Below are positions 10,062-20,302 of a stretch of DNA of 64,000 bases, piece after piece. The position numbers were made by a program, and so were the translations under genes. The stretch is from a virus, in the IMG/VR virus record IMGVR_UViG_3300036795_000143, positions 15,279 through 79,278 of that record. One strand, given 5' to 3'. The notes under the pieces were generated by a model, which made no database searches, was not told the DNA's origin, and worked only from the letters and a program-made list of their open reading frames with translations. The number at the start of each line of letters is the position of its first letter. The first letter of the stretch is position 1.

Positions 10062-10324
10062 CAGGGGGCCTTCGTACGCGTCTTGACTCCGTTGCCGTCG
10101 AGCCATTCGATTCGCGTGCCGTACTCGGGATGGCCGTGCACCTCATAGAAGTCTTCCCAGTTACGCCACACCGAATGGGACCGGTATTTCCCAGTCCAAC
10201 GGCACACGACGGTGCCGTCAGTGAAAACGATCCCCTCGTAGTCGGGCGCCTCGCCTGATTGGGTGAGGTCCTTCGCTACGTACTCAGCTGGGGGTGTCGC
10301 CCGGAAACCCTGAAAACGCCACAT
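10061..10324 (-). CDS. Small hypothetical protein inserted in the tail operon
   Basis: MWRFQGFRATPP...EGIVFTDGTVVCRW...HGHPEYGTRIEWLD. Confidence 0.6.
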   Translation of the reverse strand: MWRFQGFRATPPAEYVAKDLTQSGEAPDYEGIVFTDGTVVCRWTGKYRSHSVWRNWEDFYEVHGHPEYGTRIEWLDGNGVKTRTKAP

Positions 10325-10352
10325 GACGAACCCCTCTAGTGTGCGAAAGGAA

Positions 10353-11762
10353 TCAGATACCGACCAGCGCATCAGCCGGCGTGCCACTTAGGGCCAGCAC
10401 CGAAGTCCACGTGGCGTTAGCGTTAATGACGTCTTGCCAAGTGCTGTAGTCGGTGATTAGCGTGGCCCACGTGACGGTGTTACCGACGACTGTCAAGCTG
10501 GGTTGACTCACTTCGGTCAATGGAATGGTGAACGTTGCCCGGTGGCTAATGTGCGAGGGCCGCACATACTGGTAGGTCCCGATACCCGCATACATGGTTT
10601 TCAAGGCGACATTCGGTGGGATATGGAGCAACAAAACCATGCCCAGTGACAACACCAGGTCCACGGCGGCCAGCTCGTTGTCGTCTTGGACGAACAACTC
10701 AATGGTCACAGTCCGGGGCACGTGCGTGTCGGTCGCAGCGATAGCAGTGTGCTTCGCGGTGACGGTGTAGAAGCCCACGCGGGTGGTGCGTTCGAACTCA
10801 TGCCAGTCAATCAATAACACTGACCGATTCAGGTACGGGGCCGAAACGAACTTCAACCACACCTGCGACATGTTCGGGATGATCGTGTTCACGGTGCGGG
10901 TGACATACGGTGCCGGGCGTAACGCCACGGCGGCGCCGTAGCTGATAGCCGCTGCACCACCGGTCACGACGAACGCACCGGAGCTGACCCCGACCGGGGT
11001 CGCCATCAGCTGGTAATCCCACACCTCACCCGCGTCGTTGCCTGCGGTCGCAGCGGGCTCGCCGATCTCAACCGGCCCCCCGGTGATGGTCGCCACCGAG
11101 GTCCAGTCGTCCTGTTTCCACCCGAGGATCAGCGCGGCGACCCAGTTGGATTCGATCGCGCTCAACGCGGGGTAGGTGATGTTCTGTGCGCTCGGGTTCA
11201 GTTGCCACGCCGTAGCGGCCGGGACAATGTCAAGGTTGCGGAAACATGCCATCTGCGCGATCACGTCGGCATTGGCGACACCGCCAGTGATGGTCACTAC
11301 GGGGGCGGATTCCGAGCTGGTGGCCCGTCGACCGAGCAACGCGATGTTGTCGGTTTGGAACATCGCGGTCCACCCGGCGGGGACCACGATCGAACCGGCA
11401 CCGGAGTTGCGGATACTTGCCCAGATGGTGAGCAGGTCACCCTCAGCCCAGCCCGCCGGCAATGTCGGTGTTACCGATGTGTTGACTCCGGTCACAGCCG
11501 TCGAGCTGGCCACGAAGGTGGGTGCGCCGGTGTCGACTGCGCTGATCCGGTAGAAGTTGGTCACGCCGGGTGCGAATTCGTAGTCGTACACGCTGGCGCT
11601 GTTACTGGCGATGGTGACGGCACTGCCACCACGGACGGTCGTCCAATGGATTTGGTCGGTGGACACTTCGAATAGCGCAACGTCCGCTGTTGCCGGCAGC
11701 GAGGTTGCGGTGCACAACACTCGGCTGAGAATGTCGTCATAGGTGAGGGTGAGTGCAGCCAT
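10353..11762 (-). CDS. Distal tail (Dit)-like/minor tail protein with an inserted domain
   Basis: Immediately follows the tape measure gene; DYEF..G..NFYR motif; C-terminal TW repeats. Confidence 0.65.
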   Translation of the reverse strand: MAALTLTYDDILSRVLCTATSLPATADVALFEVSTDQIHWTTVRGGSAVTIASNSASVYDYEFAPGVTNFYRISAVDTGAPTFVASSTAVTGVNTSVTPTLPAGWAEGDLLTIWASIRNSGAGSIVVPAGWTAMFQTDNIALLGRRATSSESAPVVTITGGVANADVIAQMACFRNLDIVPAATAWQLNPSAQNITYPALSAIESNWVAALILGWKQDDWTSVATITGGPVEIGEPAATAGNDAGEVWDYQLMATPVGVSSGAFVVTGGAAAISYGAAVALRPAPYVTRTVNTIIPNMSQVWLKFVSAPYLNRSVLLIDWHEFERTTRVGFYTVTAKHTAIAATDTHVPRTVTIELFVQDDNELAAVDLVLSLGMVLLLHIPPNVALKTMYAGIGTYQYVRPSHISHRATFTIPLTEVSQPSLTVVGNTVTWATLITDYSTWQDVINANATWTSVLALSGTPADALVGI

Positions 11763-12995
11763 TTAGACGATCGACCCCCGGCCCATCCGCGCGGCGACGG
11801 CGATGCCTTGGCTCATGGCGCCGAGTTCGCTACTGACGATTTGCCGCAACTCGGTTTCCCCGATTTTGACGTTGACGTATGTGTGGCCACTGCCGCCGCT
11901 CATCGCCGAGTTGGGTTGGACGAATCCGTTACCACCCATGTGGAGGATCTCCGGTCCGCGTTCCCCCACTAGATAGGATTTGCCGCCCAGCACTGAACCG
12001 CCGCTGGCTTTCCCACCACCGAATAGGCTGGAAAAGAACCCGCCGATACCGCTGATGATCCCGGAGAAGAACCCACCGATACCACCACCTGACGAGGTTC
12101 CACCGCTGCTGGAGCCACCAGATCCGGCGACGCCTCCGATCGCACCGGCACCGCTGGTAATCGACCCGAGGCCCGCGAGGATCGGGGCGATGAAGTTCAT
12201 GATGTTGGCGAGCCAACCAGCGAGTACCGATACCAGGGGAAGCAGTTCGATGAGGATGTTCGCGAACGCCGTGAACATCGTCAACATCGTGGGCATCATG
12301 TTTTCGATGATCGGCAGGATCTTGTCGCCCATACCAGCAAATGCACTCATCCAGTTCTGGATCGCCGCGATAACCTGCGGCTGCAACAGGAACTGAACTA
12401 GCTTTTCCCGCAGGTCCCCCAGTGATGTGGCGATACCACCGAGGCCCGTTCCGAGGATCGGAAAATACACCTGCGCGAGTTGGGTGACGTCACCGGAGAA
12501 CCCAGCCCAAAAGCCTTGCTGAATAATTCCATAAAGGTTTTTCAGTTGCGGCTCTAGGAGCCGGATTGACATGACCGCGTCTTTCATCGCGGGCGCCATA
12601 TTTCGGGTAGCCGCAACAAAATCAGCGGGACTAGCCGCGCTGATGGCGGCCGAGAAATTCGCCATCGCCATATGCGCGACGTTCATCGGATTGACCAGCG
12701 CTAACAGGAACCCGGGCATGAGAAGAAAGAGGCTGGCCAGCTTGCCGAACGCGGTGAAAATACCGTTCACTAACGGTTTGACGTTGCCCGTGAGAAGCGA
12801 GGTGAACATCTTGCCGATGCTCGCGACGCCCTGCCCGAGCTTACCGATCCCGACCGCAGCGGATTTCGTGGAACTCAGCAGGTTCGATACTGAGCCCTTG
12901 AAATTGATCATAATGTTGCGTTGGGTGGGCATGCCGCCGCTGGACGACGATCCGGACCCGCCGTAATTAGACAGCCCAGGTGAAGACATGACCAC
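11763..12995 (-). CDS. Tape measure protein (unusually short)
   Basis: Amphipathic helical repeats; C-terminal GKASGGSV..GKSYLVGERGPE and VKIGETEL motifs; position in the operon. Confidence 0.8.
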   Translation of the reverse strand: MVMSSPGLSNYGGSGSSSSGGMPTQRNIMINFKGSVSNLLSSTKSAAVGIGKLGQGVASIGKMFTSLLTGNVKPLVNGIFTAFGKLASLFLLMPGFLLALVNPMNVAHMAMANFSAAISAASPADFVAATRNMAPAMKDAVMSIRLLEPQLKNLYGIIQQGFWAGFSGDVTQLAQVYFPILGTGLGGIATSLGDLREKLVQFLLQPQVIAAIQNWMSAFAGMGDKILPIIENMMPTMLTMFTAFANILIELLPLVSVLAGWLANIMNFIAPILAGLGSITSGAGAIGGVAGSGGSSSGGTSSGGGIGGFFSGIISGIGGFFSSLFGGGKASGGSVLGGKSYLVGERGPEILHMGGNGFVQPNSAMSGGSGHTYVNVKIGETELRQIVSSELGAMSQGIAVAARMGRGSIV

Positions 12996-13028
12996 CTCCC
13001 CGCTATTGAGTTATGCGCTTTACCGCTT

Positions 13029-14228
13029 TTACCCCGAGTAGAACTTGGCCATGAGTGATGGGTGGTCGCTGTACAGGTCGCCGTCCTGGATCAGATTCGA
13101 CCCGACCACTGGGTCATAACCCCGGGATTCGAAACCCGTCTTTGGCATATACGCGGTGTTGCCCGCCCAACTGCCACCCTCGGAACCGCCCAGCGAGTTG
13201 AAACCAGGGCCCGGTGTATTCGCACCGCTAGCGTCGTCTTGGGCGACGGTGGTAATCCCGCCGAGGTTGCTCCAAGCGCCATCGGTGTTACCTGCGGCTT
13301 CGTCCTGGCCCACAGTGCTGACCCCGTCAATACCGGACCACACGGAATCATTGAAACCGTTGCCGTAGTTCGCTTCAGCTTGGGTTGGGAAATCGGAAGT
13401 GGAAGTAAGGGCATCTCCGGTGTCGCTGCCACCACCACCACCGGCGCCCCATCCGGACAGGGATTTATTCATGGCCTGGCTGACGGCCTGTTGACCGGCC
13501 GCGCCAGCTGGATCGTTCGGATCCCACGGAGGCGCTCCGCTCATCGACATCGACGTGGTTTGTGTCCACGGGTTGATAGGCGCCCCGAACAGTGACCACC
13601 TGGCTGGGCCTGAGGCGTTACCAGTGGCGTCGTAGGAACCATAGGAACCACCGCTGGAGGAACCACCGTCGGAGGAAGAACCACCACCACCACCACCACC
13701 GCCGCCACCACCACCACCGAAAAAACCACCGCCGCCACCGTAAAAACCGAAAAGACCACCGCCGGAACTACCGGAACCGTTGCCGTAGGAGCCACCTTTG
13801 TAGGCGCCATCACCGTAGGTGGCACCGCTGTAGGAACCGCCGCCGTAGCCGGCACCGGAGAACCAGCTGGGTGGCTGCGCAGCCACCGGCGGGAGCGGCT
13901 CGGGGCCTTGCGTGGCCGTACTCTGGCTGGCGGATCCGATAGCGGTACGGGCATTGGTGAGGAGCCCTGGACCCAACGCGTCGTTGGACTTGGTTAATTG
14001 GGACAGGTTGCTTGGGTCCATTTCGGTGGTGAACGCGTCACCGTTGAGGACCGCACCGGGAACCGGGTCATCGAAAGGCTTAACGGTGGTACCGGCTACA
14101 CCCTGGTTGAGGGTGACACCAGCAGGGAGGGCCGGCGAGTCGAACGTGTAAGCCTGGTTCGCTGCCGCGAGACCCGAGTCACCTTCCCACGCGTCCGCTT
14201 CGTACTGATCACTAAACGGACTGCTCAC
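13029..14228 (-). CDS. Gly/Ser/Asp-rich low-complexity protein of unknown function
   Basis: 399-aa ORF with poly-Gly and GGSYG/FFGG repeats between the tail chaperone and the tape measure gene. Confidence 0.6.
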   Translation of the reverse strand: MSSPFSDQYEADAWEGDSGLAAANQAYTFDSPALPAGVTLNQGVAGTTVKPFDDPVPGAVLNGDAFTTEMDPSNLSQLTKSNDALGPGLLTNARTAIGSASQSTATQGPEPLPPVAAQPPSWFSGAGYGGGSYSGATYGDGAYKGGSYGNGSGSSGGGLFGFYGGGGGFFGGGGGGGGGGGGGSSSDGGSSSGGSYGSYDATGNASGPARWSLFGAPINPWTQTTSMSMSGAPPWDPNDPAGAAGQQAVSQAMNKSLSGWGAGGGGGSDTGDALTSTSDFPTQAEANYGNGFNDSVWSGIDGVSTVGQDEAAGNTDGAWSNLGGITTVAQDDASGANTPGPGFNSLGGSEGGSWAGNTAYMPKTGFESRGYDPVVGSNLIQDGDLYSDHPSLMAKFYSG

Positions 14229-14231
14229 AAC

Positions 14232-14653
14232 TCACCCCGACATCTGACGGTCATCTTTATCGGTCTTTTTGCTCAGCAATTCCGATGCGGTGACGATGGT
14301 GCGCCAGTCCTGATCAGCCCACACATCAGGTGCGATACCGGTGGCCACTGCCAACGCAATGGTCAGCCGAGTCAAAGACCCGGCTGGGTAGGGTCCGCTG
14401 GCTCTGCCACCGGCTGAGTCGTCGGCTCTTCGAGGTCGACGCTGGTTTCCCATTCGGCTAGCGTCCCCGAGAAGAACCCTTGGCGTTTCGCTGCGACGTG
14501 CGTCACCGAATAAATGTCAGTGATCCGGGGCTCATGTTCCAGCCTCGTAACAGTGTGGGTCCTATCGATTTTCTCCCAGAACACAATGTCGCGGCTTTTC
14601 ACCGTGAGATCATACGGTTCACCACTGTCTGGGGTTACCCGGAACGTGAACAT
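14232..14653 (-). CDS. Tail assembly chaperone pair (G/GT type) with a probable programmed -1 frameshift
   Basis: ORF 14372..14653 ends ...ADPTQPGL*. The overlapping -1 frame continues GPYPAGSLTRLTIALAVATGIAP to 14232. Overlap sequence GGACCCTACC at 14387-14396. Confidence 0.7.
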
Positions 14654-15183
14654 CAGGTCGACGTGCCGATCACGACAACGGAATACCCCACCGACGTGCC
14701 CGAGCTGGAGTTAGCGACCTGGAGGAGATCTCCGGTGCCGGCGGTCACGGTGTAACCGATGGCGTCAGCGGTGCCCGCGAGCCACACCAGCGTCGCCCCC
14801 GGTCGCACAATCCCAGTGTGGGTGGTGGCACCGAATAGACCGGCGACGGCATTGGATGCCGCGCCACCAACAACAACGTTGTTCGTGTTCGTAGAGTCCG
14901 CTGAAATGAGCAGCAGCTTGAGCCGGGCCATGGTGATGGTCCCACCGAAGGGGTCCAGCAGCGACCCAGCGAGGTCGAGGGTTTCCGACGTCGAAGCGGC
15001 CAAGGTCCGGTGATCCCACCACGACTTATCGGCTTGACCGGCGGCTGTGCCGCTCGCGAGGGCCACACCGTAATTGCTGGAAAGGTTCGCCGCTGACGCA
15101 CCAGCATTAAGTGTGTTAGCGAGGTTGACCGCGACGGATAGCTGCACCACGGTACTCAGCGCGATTGCTGTGCTAGTAGCCAT
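14653..15183 (-). CDS. Virion structural protein
   Basis: TLDLAGSLLDPFGGTIT...TAGTGDLLQVAN; lies between the major tail gene and the chaperone. Confidence 0.6.
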   Translation of the reverse strand: MATSTAIALSTVVQLSVAVNLANTLNAGASAANLSSNYGVALASGTAAGQADKSWWDHRTLAASTSETLDLAGSLLDPFGGTITMARLKLLLISADSTNTNNVVVGGAASNAVAGLFGATTHTGIVRPGATLVWLAGTADAIGYTVTAGTGDLLQVANSSSGTSVGYSVVVIGTST

Positions 15184-15189
15184 GGCGGG

Positions 15190-15654
15190 TCACCCGACCC
15201 GGGTGAACAGGGGAAGGCCGAGGACGAGCAGGGTCACGCTGGTCTCCTCTAGGGTTCTGATGTCGCCACCGACGGTGGGTGCTTTCAGTACGCACGTACC
15301 GTTCCAGCGAATGTGCTCACCGACGATGTCGGGCATGTGGTCCAATTGGAACGTGGCGACCGCCCGACTGTTGTTCCACAACAGGTCGGAAATGCCACCG
15401 AAACGCCAGTCGGCGTAGAACTTCAACTGAAGCGCATAGTCATTATCTGTTTCAGTCCGGAACTCCGACGGGTTACCACAATATGTATATGTCTTTACTC
15501 CATCAACCGTGTTGTTCATCATGTTCCAGTTGTTTAGCTGGCACGAGTAATCGACACTGTTTAGGGTAAAAGTTACAATTTTCAGACGCCGCGTGTGGAC
15601 GCCCAAACCCGTCGGCGAAAAGGGAGAGCCCCCCGTGTTCACTGGTGCGGTCAT
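15190..15654 (-). CDS. Major tail (tube) protein
   Basis: Size, position, and 'DYSCQL...L.ADW...P.VGGD' pattern. Confidence 0.7.
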   Translation of the reverse strand: MTAPVNTGGSPFSPTGLGVHTRRLKIVTFTLNSVDYSCQLNNWNMMNNTVDGVKTYTYCGNPSEFRTETDNDYALQLKFYADWRFGGISDLLWNNSRAVATFQLDHMPDIVGEHIRWNGTCVLKAPTVGGDIRTLEETSVTLLVLGLPLFTRVG

Positions 15655-16043
15655 ACCATTCCCACCTCCATTTGGACCAGAATCGTGTAGGCCGGGAGTG
15701 GCCCGCTTGGACTTGGATAAACACCGGGACCGGACCCCATGACCACGCCCGGCGTTAACCGTTCAATCGCCAACGTGATCGAGCCGATCGTTGACAGCAT
15801 CGCGTCGACCGCGTATTGATTCATGCCGACGACGAAATAAACGCTCCATTGCGCGGTGACGGGGCCACCGCTGAAATTGTTTTGGTTGTATCCCAGCCAC
15901 ATCAGCCGTGGCGGCCCCACCACCACCGCTGGCGGTGAGATGGGGGCTGCCACGGCTAGGAGGACCCGCAGATCCGGCACCGTCGCGATGGCGTCCGCGA
16001 GGGTTTGATGCGCCTTCGCGACTGGGGTTAACGGGGCGGTCAC
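15651..16043 (-). CDS. Tail terminator/completion protein
   Basis: 'PPAVVVGPP..W' and 'LPAY' motifs; position. Confidence 0.65.
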   Translation of the reverse strand: MTAPLTPVAKAHQTLADAIATVPDLRVLLAVAAPISPPAVVVGPPRLMWLGYNQNNFSGGPVTAQWSVYFVVGMNQYAVDAMLSTIGSITLAIERLTPGVVMGSGPGVYPSPSGPLPAYTILVQMEVGMV

Positions 16044-16372
16044 GCGAGGCCACCGAGGATCCCGAGCTGCATCCAAATATCGGGATCGGTTCGCATGACC
16101 ATTCCGCTGCTCATGTCACCGAGCTGGACCATGCCGTTGGGGCTGACCCGACGGACGAACCATCGCGCGGCCAACCGGATGGTGCCCAACCTGACTTCGG
16201 CGGGCACCGTCCAGTTGCCGTGGTAATCGAGGTCCGGCCGGTGGTCCATCACCCAGGACATTGCGGCGTCGAGGGTTCGCTGGAGGGCCTCGTCGTCGCG
16301 GGCGGTGAGCTGGCCGTCAAGCGTTTGGTCGTTTTTCAGCTCTTCCAAAAGGACCCACGACGGATTAGCCAT
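16040..16372 (-). CDS. Head-tail connector (gp6-like)
   Basis: 'DDEALQRTLDAA...RLAARWFVRRVSPNG...DPDI'. Confidence 0.75.
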   Translation of the reverse strand: MANPSWVLLEELKNDQTLDGQLTARDDEALQRTLDAAMSWVMDHRPDLDYHGNWTVPAEVRLGTIRLAARWFVRRVSPNGMVQLGDMSSGMVMRTDPDIWMQLGILGGLA

Positions 16373-16686
16373 CAGGTCGCCGTGACGCCTTTAGGCGGCG
16401 TGGTGTTATCCACCACGGGCGCGGTGACATCGGGTTTACCGGAGCTGCGTCCGACCGGTGTCTTGCCGGCAGGATCAACCACCGAAGTGGTGGGCCCCTT
16501 GTACCCCAATCCCTTTAGTTCCCGGTAGATGCCTTGGACCCGGTCAGTTTTGCCGTAGGCGATCACATTCGGGAGTTCCGCGAGTAGCCGGCGCACGCTA
16601 CCGGCAACCCGGTGATCCACACCGAGGACGGTGTCAATCGCCGGGTTATTCGTCAGATCCAATACTTCGTCACCGCTGGTGGTCAT
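16372..16686 (-). CDS. Hypothetical head-region protein
   Basis: Overlapping start and stop with its neighbours. Confidence 0.55.
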   Translation of the reverse strand: MTTSGDEVLDLTNNPAIDTVLGVDHRVAGSVRRLLAELPNVIAYGKTDRVQGIYRELKGLGYKGPTTSVVDPAGKTPVGRSSGKPDVTAPVVDNTTPPKGVTAT

Positions 16687-17039
16687 TCCGGGATCACCAC
16701 CGCTGCGACGGCGTAGGTGACGGTCGTGGAGCTACCGCCCACGGTCGAAGACACCCGCACGTACTCACTGTTGACAAAAGCGGAAACGCGGGCGTTCCCG
16801 GCCGCAGTGAGCTGTGTGGCGGTCGCGCCGGTAATCGCGGTCCAGGTGGTGTTGTCCGGTGAGGATTCCAGCTTGACGTCGAGCGTCGGGCTGCCGCCGG
16901 TCACAGCGGAAACGTGCACCGAGGCGTCAACCCACATGGCATAGCCGGGGTTAGCGATCGGTCCGCTTACAAACGTTCCCGGGGCCTGGGTGGCCGACGC
17001 GAGCGCCATTTCCGCCAATACTGTTCTTAGTGCTGCCAT
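16683..17039 (-). CDS. Possible capsid decoration protein
   Basis: Small beta-rich protein downstream of the capsid gene. Confidence 0.5.
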   Translation of the reverse strand: MAALRTVLAEMALASATQAPGTFVSGPIANPGYAMWVDASVHVSAVTGGSPTLDVKLESSPDNTTWTAITGATATQLTAAGNARVSAFVNSEYVRVSSTVGGSSTTVTYAVAAVVIPE

Positions 17040-17054
17040 AAGCTTTCCCCTTAT

Positions 17055-17258
17055 TTATAGGGCGGTTGGGGTGATCAGAGCGTCTACACCGGCCACCGCT
17101 GCTGCGAGGTCGACCCCGTAGCTCTTGGAAAAGAACTCCTCACCGTCGTAGTAGAACCTGGCGGTGCCATCCGATTGTGGGGTGATCCGGTACACGGAGT
17201 TCATGTTGAAATACGAACTGGCGTCCGGAACCTTGATGAACTGCACCGCCAGGGCCAT
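17055..17258 (-). CDS. Hypothetical protein
   Basis: SD AGGAG upstream; 67 aa. Confidence 0.55.
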   Translation of the reverse strand: MALAVQFIKVPDASSYFNMNSVYRITPQSDGTARFYYDGEEFFSKSYGVDLAAAVAGVDALITPTAL

Positions 17259-17362
17259 CGGGAGATCTCCTGTTCAGACGAAGTAGCCGTAACGCTTCCA
17301 AGATCCACAACAATCACCAGAATAAGCGCAACCATGCGATTACTTTGAGTGATACCCGCAGG

Positions 17363-18787
17363 TCAGAAGACCGGCGCGACGAATCCGGTGCCCCCGATAG
17401 ACGAGTTAGCGTTGGGGTAGCGACGGAAGGAGTAAGCGAAGTATCCATACAGGACTAGGAGCACACCGAGGGCTGCGGCAGCGGGCTGCTCGCAGCGTAG
17501 GTATACGGGCGCTGCGGGATCTTCCCATAGGTGGCATTCCTGTGTGGCGACCACAAACATTTGATCCTGATTGGTACCACCACCGAGGTTCGTTGCAATG
17601 TTGTTATCGGCGATAGCGACCATTCCGTTAGGCAGCACACCGCGTGCACCATGGCCATAAACGGCCGCGATGTTCTCACCAGCTGCGGTGCCACCAATGC
17701 CCGGCTGGCCGAACATCGGCCACTGCGACGTGAGCTGAGCACTCAACCAGTACCAGCGCCGGCTGTGCATGATCACAGCGTTCGGCTGAGCGAAGCCCAA
17801 CAGGGCCGACTCCGATGCCGAAGCACCTTGCAGCAATTTCGGCCACATCGCTTCACCCGAAGGACTGGAATCGGTGTAAACGATGGGGTTAGCAATTGCG
17901 GAAAGACCAGTAGTGGCCTGGTTGATAAGGGTAAAATCGATGTCCGTCGCGTAACGCCGGAACAAGTCGTCCATCACAACTTCTTCGATTCCGGTACCAC
18001 GCTCAATCGCCTGGCGGGAAACGGTTTGCTGACCAGCTGCGACCTGCACGTTTTCGGTCAACAGGGTATCGGCCATGTCCTGCCCGGTCACCGCTGTGTT
18101 CTCAGCTGACTGCAAACCAACAGCAGCGGGAGTGGTGATCCGAGAAATGTTGATGGTCATACCGTCGGACGGCAGATCGTGGTGATTACAAGCGTCAGCG
18201 AAAGGACGCATAGCGGCCACAGCCGGTGCGTACATGTCGGTCAAATACTGCGGAACCGTCAAACCTGTGAATTGCGGAGTACCGACACCGACGTTAGTCC
18301 GGGTCAAATACTGGCCGCGCTCAACTACTTCCTCGGACATGTGCCGAGCAAGCCGGTCTCTGGCGTCCGGGTCACCCAGGTACTGCTTCACCGCGTCGCG
18401 CATGAACTGGGCGCCCTTGCGGTCATTACCGGGGTGGTACTGGCGTTCTTCAGCGCCCACTCGGGTGACCTCGTCGTAAGCGGGCTTACGGACACCGGTG
18501 GACTTCACCTCACGGCTCAGCCGCTGGCTTTCGACCTCTTCGGCCTTCACCCGCTGGGCATCGCCGAGCCGGGCCTCAATGGACTTCATTTTTGCCCGAG
18601 CATCCTTGCGGATACCAACCAGAGTGCGAACGTGCTTGTCCTCGTCAGCGGTGAGATTGACCCGACCGGCAATCTCAGCCATTTCCGTGATCGCCTCGAT
18701 CCCGGCCGTGGCGTCGTCCCGGCTCTTACGTTGGATAGAGAGATCAGCCTCGATCCCGTTGATCATTTCGTCGATAGTCGCCGGCAT
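17363..18787 (-). CDS. Major capsid protein (HK97 fold with N-terminal coiled-coil delta domain)
   Basis: Start MPATIDEM after GAAAGGAAG. Motifs LTVPQYLTD, RPFAD, VSRQAIER, VIMHSRRW, YGYFA. Confidence 0.85.
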   Translation of the reverse strand: MPATIDEMINGIEADLSIQRKSRDDATAGIEAITEMAEIAGRVNLTADEDKHVRTLVGIRKDARAKMKSIEARLGDAQRVKAEEVESQRLSREVKSTGVRKPAYDEVTRVGAEERQYHPGNDRKGAQFMRDAVKQYLGDPDARDRLARHMSEEVVERGQYLTRTNVGVGTPQFTGLTVPQYLTDMYAPAVAAMRPFADACNHHDLPSDGMTINISRITTPAAVGLQSAENTAVTGQDMADTLLTENVQVAAGQQTVSRQAIERGTGIEEVVMDDLFRRYATDIDFTLINQATTGLSAIANPIVYTDSSPSGEAMWPKLLQGASASESALLGFAQPNAVIMHSRRWYWLSAQLTSQWPMFGQPGIGGTAAGENIAAVYGHGARGVLPNGMVAIADNNIATNLGGGTNQDQMFVVATQECHLWEDPAAPVYLRCEQPAAAALGVLLVLYGYFAYSFRRYPNANSSIGGTGFVAPVF

Positions 18788-18915
18788 GGCGGACTTCCTT
18801 TCATTTTCCTGTGAAGTGACCGCCGTGCGACCGAGGCAATCCGGTCCGCATTGAGGGCCTTTAGATGTGGGTTGACCGTCCCTTTGCGAAAGCAAAGAGC
18901 GAAAGGTAAAATTTT

Positions 18916-19770
18916 TTACTCGTCGTCGGCGAGGACGATGGTCCGCACCAGATTGATAGAGCGACCCATGGGAATTGCAACGGGAGGCGTTTCCTCAACC
19001 ACGGGCGCTTGAGCTGCCCGCTGTTGCGTGTTCCCACCGTTGCCACCGCTGGAATCGAGCCGAACCTGCAAATGACGCATCGCGGCACGGGCCGCACCGA
19101 TCGGCAACCGGTCTACTTCATCCATCACCCGACGAGCCCTCGCGGAAATGCTGGTAGTCGGGTTCGCGCCATAGTTCACGGCCGACACGTCACCGCACTG
19201 CAAATCCAGCTGGAGCATCGTGAACTGGGTGAAGTCCTCGTTCCACTCGCCTTCTTCCAACATCGCAGCGAACGACATTTGATCAACGCTGCGGTCGTTG
19301 ATGGCGATGGCGAGGTCACTGACGTCAGTGCGTGCCGGGTTAAGCCACGCGTCAGTGACAAGACCCTCCGGGCCCGCCGATAGGGTCAGAGTCCCATTCG
19401 TGGTCCGGGCCATTGTCAGGCCAGTGTGATTGACCAAGAATGCCACGTCCGGTTGCCGGGCCAGCGAATTATTAAACGCCGTCGCGGAGACCTTCTCCGT
19501 ATACGGACCAAACATATCCCACATTTCATAAGGTGTTTCCGTGGTCGATGCGACCCCGGAAAGGTGATGCCATTCCTTGGCGTCGTCCGGGCTACCTGCG
19601 CGCTTTTCCATGGTGGCGCGGAGCACCGCTGGGAACGTCATGCGGCGGACCAGCCCGACGTCTAAGGGCGGTGCGCAGCGTGACCGGCGAATGCCCTCGG
19701 GACTGGTGTCCTCGACCGCTTCGCGGCGCGCCCGCGACGCCTGCTCCCGAGCCACTTCAATGTCGATCAT
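18916..19770 (-). CDS. HK97-family prohead protease
   Basis: GVAS..E.PYEM, LVNH.G...ART.NGTL.L, MSFA, DVSAVNYGANP.T. Confidence 0.9.
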   Translation of the reverse strand: MIDIEVAREQASRARREAVEDTSPEGIRRSRCAPPLDVGLVRRMTFPAVLRATMEKRAGSPDDAKEWHHLSGVASTTETPYEMWDMFGPYTEKVSATAFNNSLARQPDVAFLVNHTGLTMARTTNGTLTLSAGPEGLVTDAWLNPARTDVSDLAIAINDRSVDQMSFAAMLEEGEWNEDFTQFTMLQLDLQCGDVSAVNYGANPTTSISARARRVMDEVDRLPIGAARAAMRHLQVRLDSSGGNGGNTQQRAAQAPVVEETPPVAIPMGRSINLVRTIVLADDE

Positions 19771-19799
19771 TCATACGCTCCTAAAGCGGTTATCGGGAC

Positions 19800-20195
19800 T
19801 CAGAACCCACTCGGGGTCTTCGGCGCACCGGTGCTGTTATTAGCCGGGGTAGTTGCGTCGGCGTTGGCATCGAAACCGTTTTCGTTGCCGCCCATCGGCT
19901 TGAAATCGCCACCGTCACCAGCGGCCTTCTCAACCTCAATCTCGTTCTTGGCCTTTTCTTCCTTCTCGAAGAACGACTCTTCGTCCTTGGCCTTGGTGAC
20001 GTCCTTCGGGTCCTTGTCGTCCGGGTTCTTGGTCTTACTGGCGGCGTCGGGCAGGTTGTCGGCGCGCTTCAGCGGCCGGAACGACCCGGAAAGCGCCTGC
20101 GCCCGAGTAGCGGTCACCACCGGGGCTGCGCCACGGGCCTCGCCGCCTTGCGCAGCAGTACGGAAAGCGGCGGTCCGTCGTGCGTTGTCACTCAT
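19800..20195 (-). CDS. Hypothetical acidic, probably disordered protein
   Basis: SD AAGGAG; lies between portal and protease. Confidence 0.55.
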   Translation of the reverse strand: MSDNARRTAAFRTAAQGGEARGAAPVVTATRAQALSGSFRPLKRADNLPDAASKTKNPDDKDPKDVTKAKDEESFFEKEEKAKNEIEVEKAAGDGGDFKPMGGNENGFDANADATTPANNSTGAPKTPSGF

Positions 20196-20302
20196 ATTTA
20201 TTTGCTCCTTTGGGCAATAGGTCGCCCCAGGAAGGGACTACCTGATTGAAGTGCTGCTAAGCTGCGTAGCGTGTGCTTCCGACAGCAATCCCGGTGAGTA
20301 AT

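Noticed and set aside
18830-20300. Shared GCAATCC(C)GGT motif upstream of the capsid gene and of 19800..20195 as a late promoter
   Set aside because: Only two short copies; insufficient to distinguish from chance without homologous genomes.
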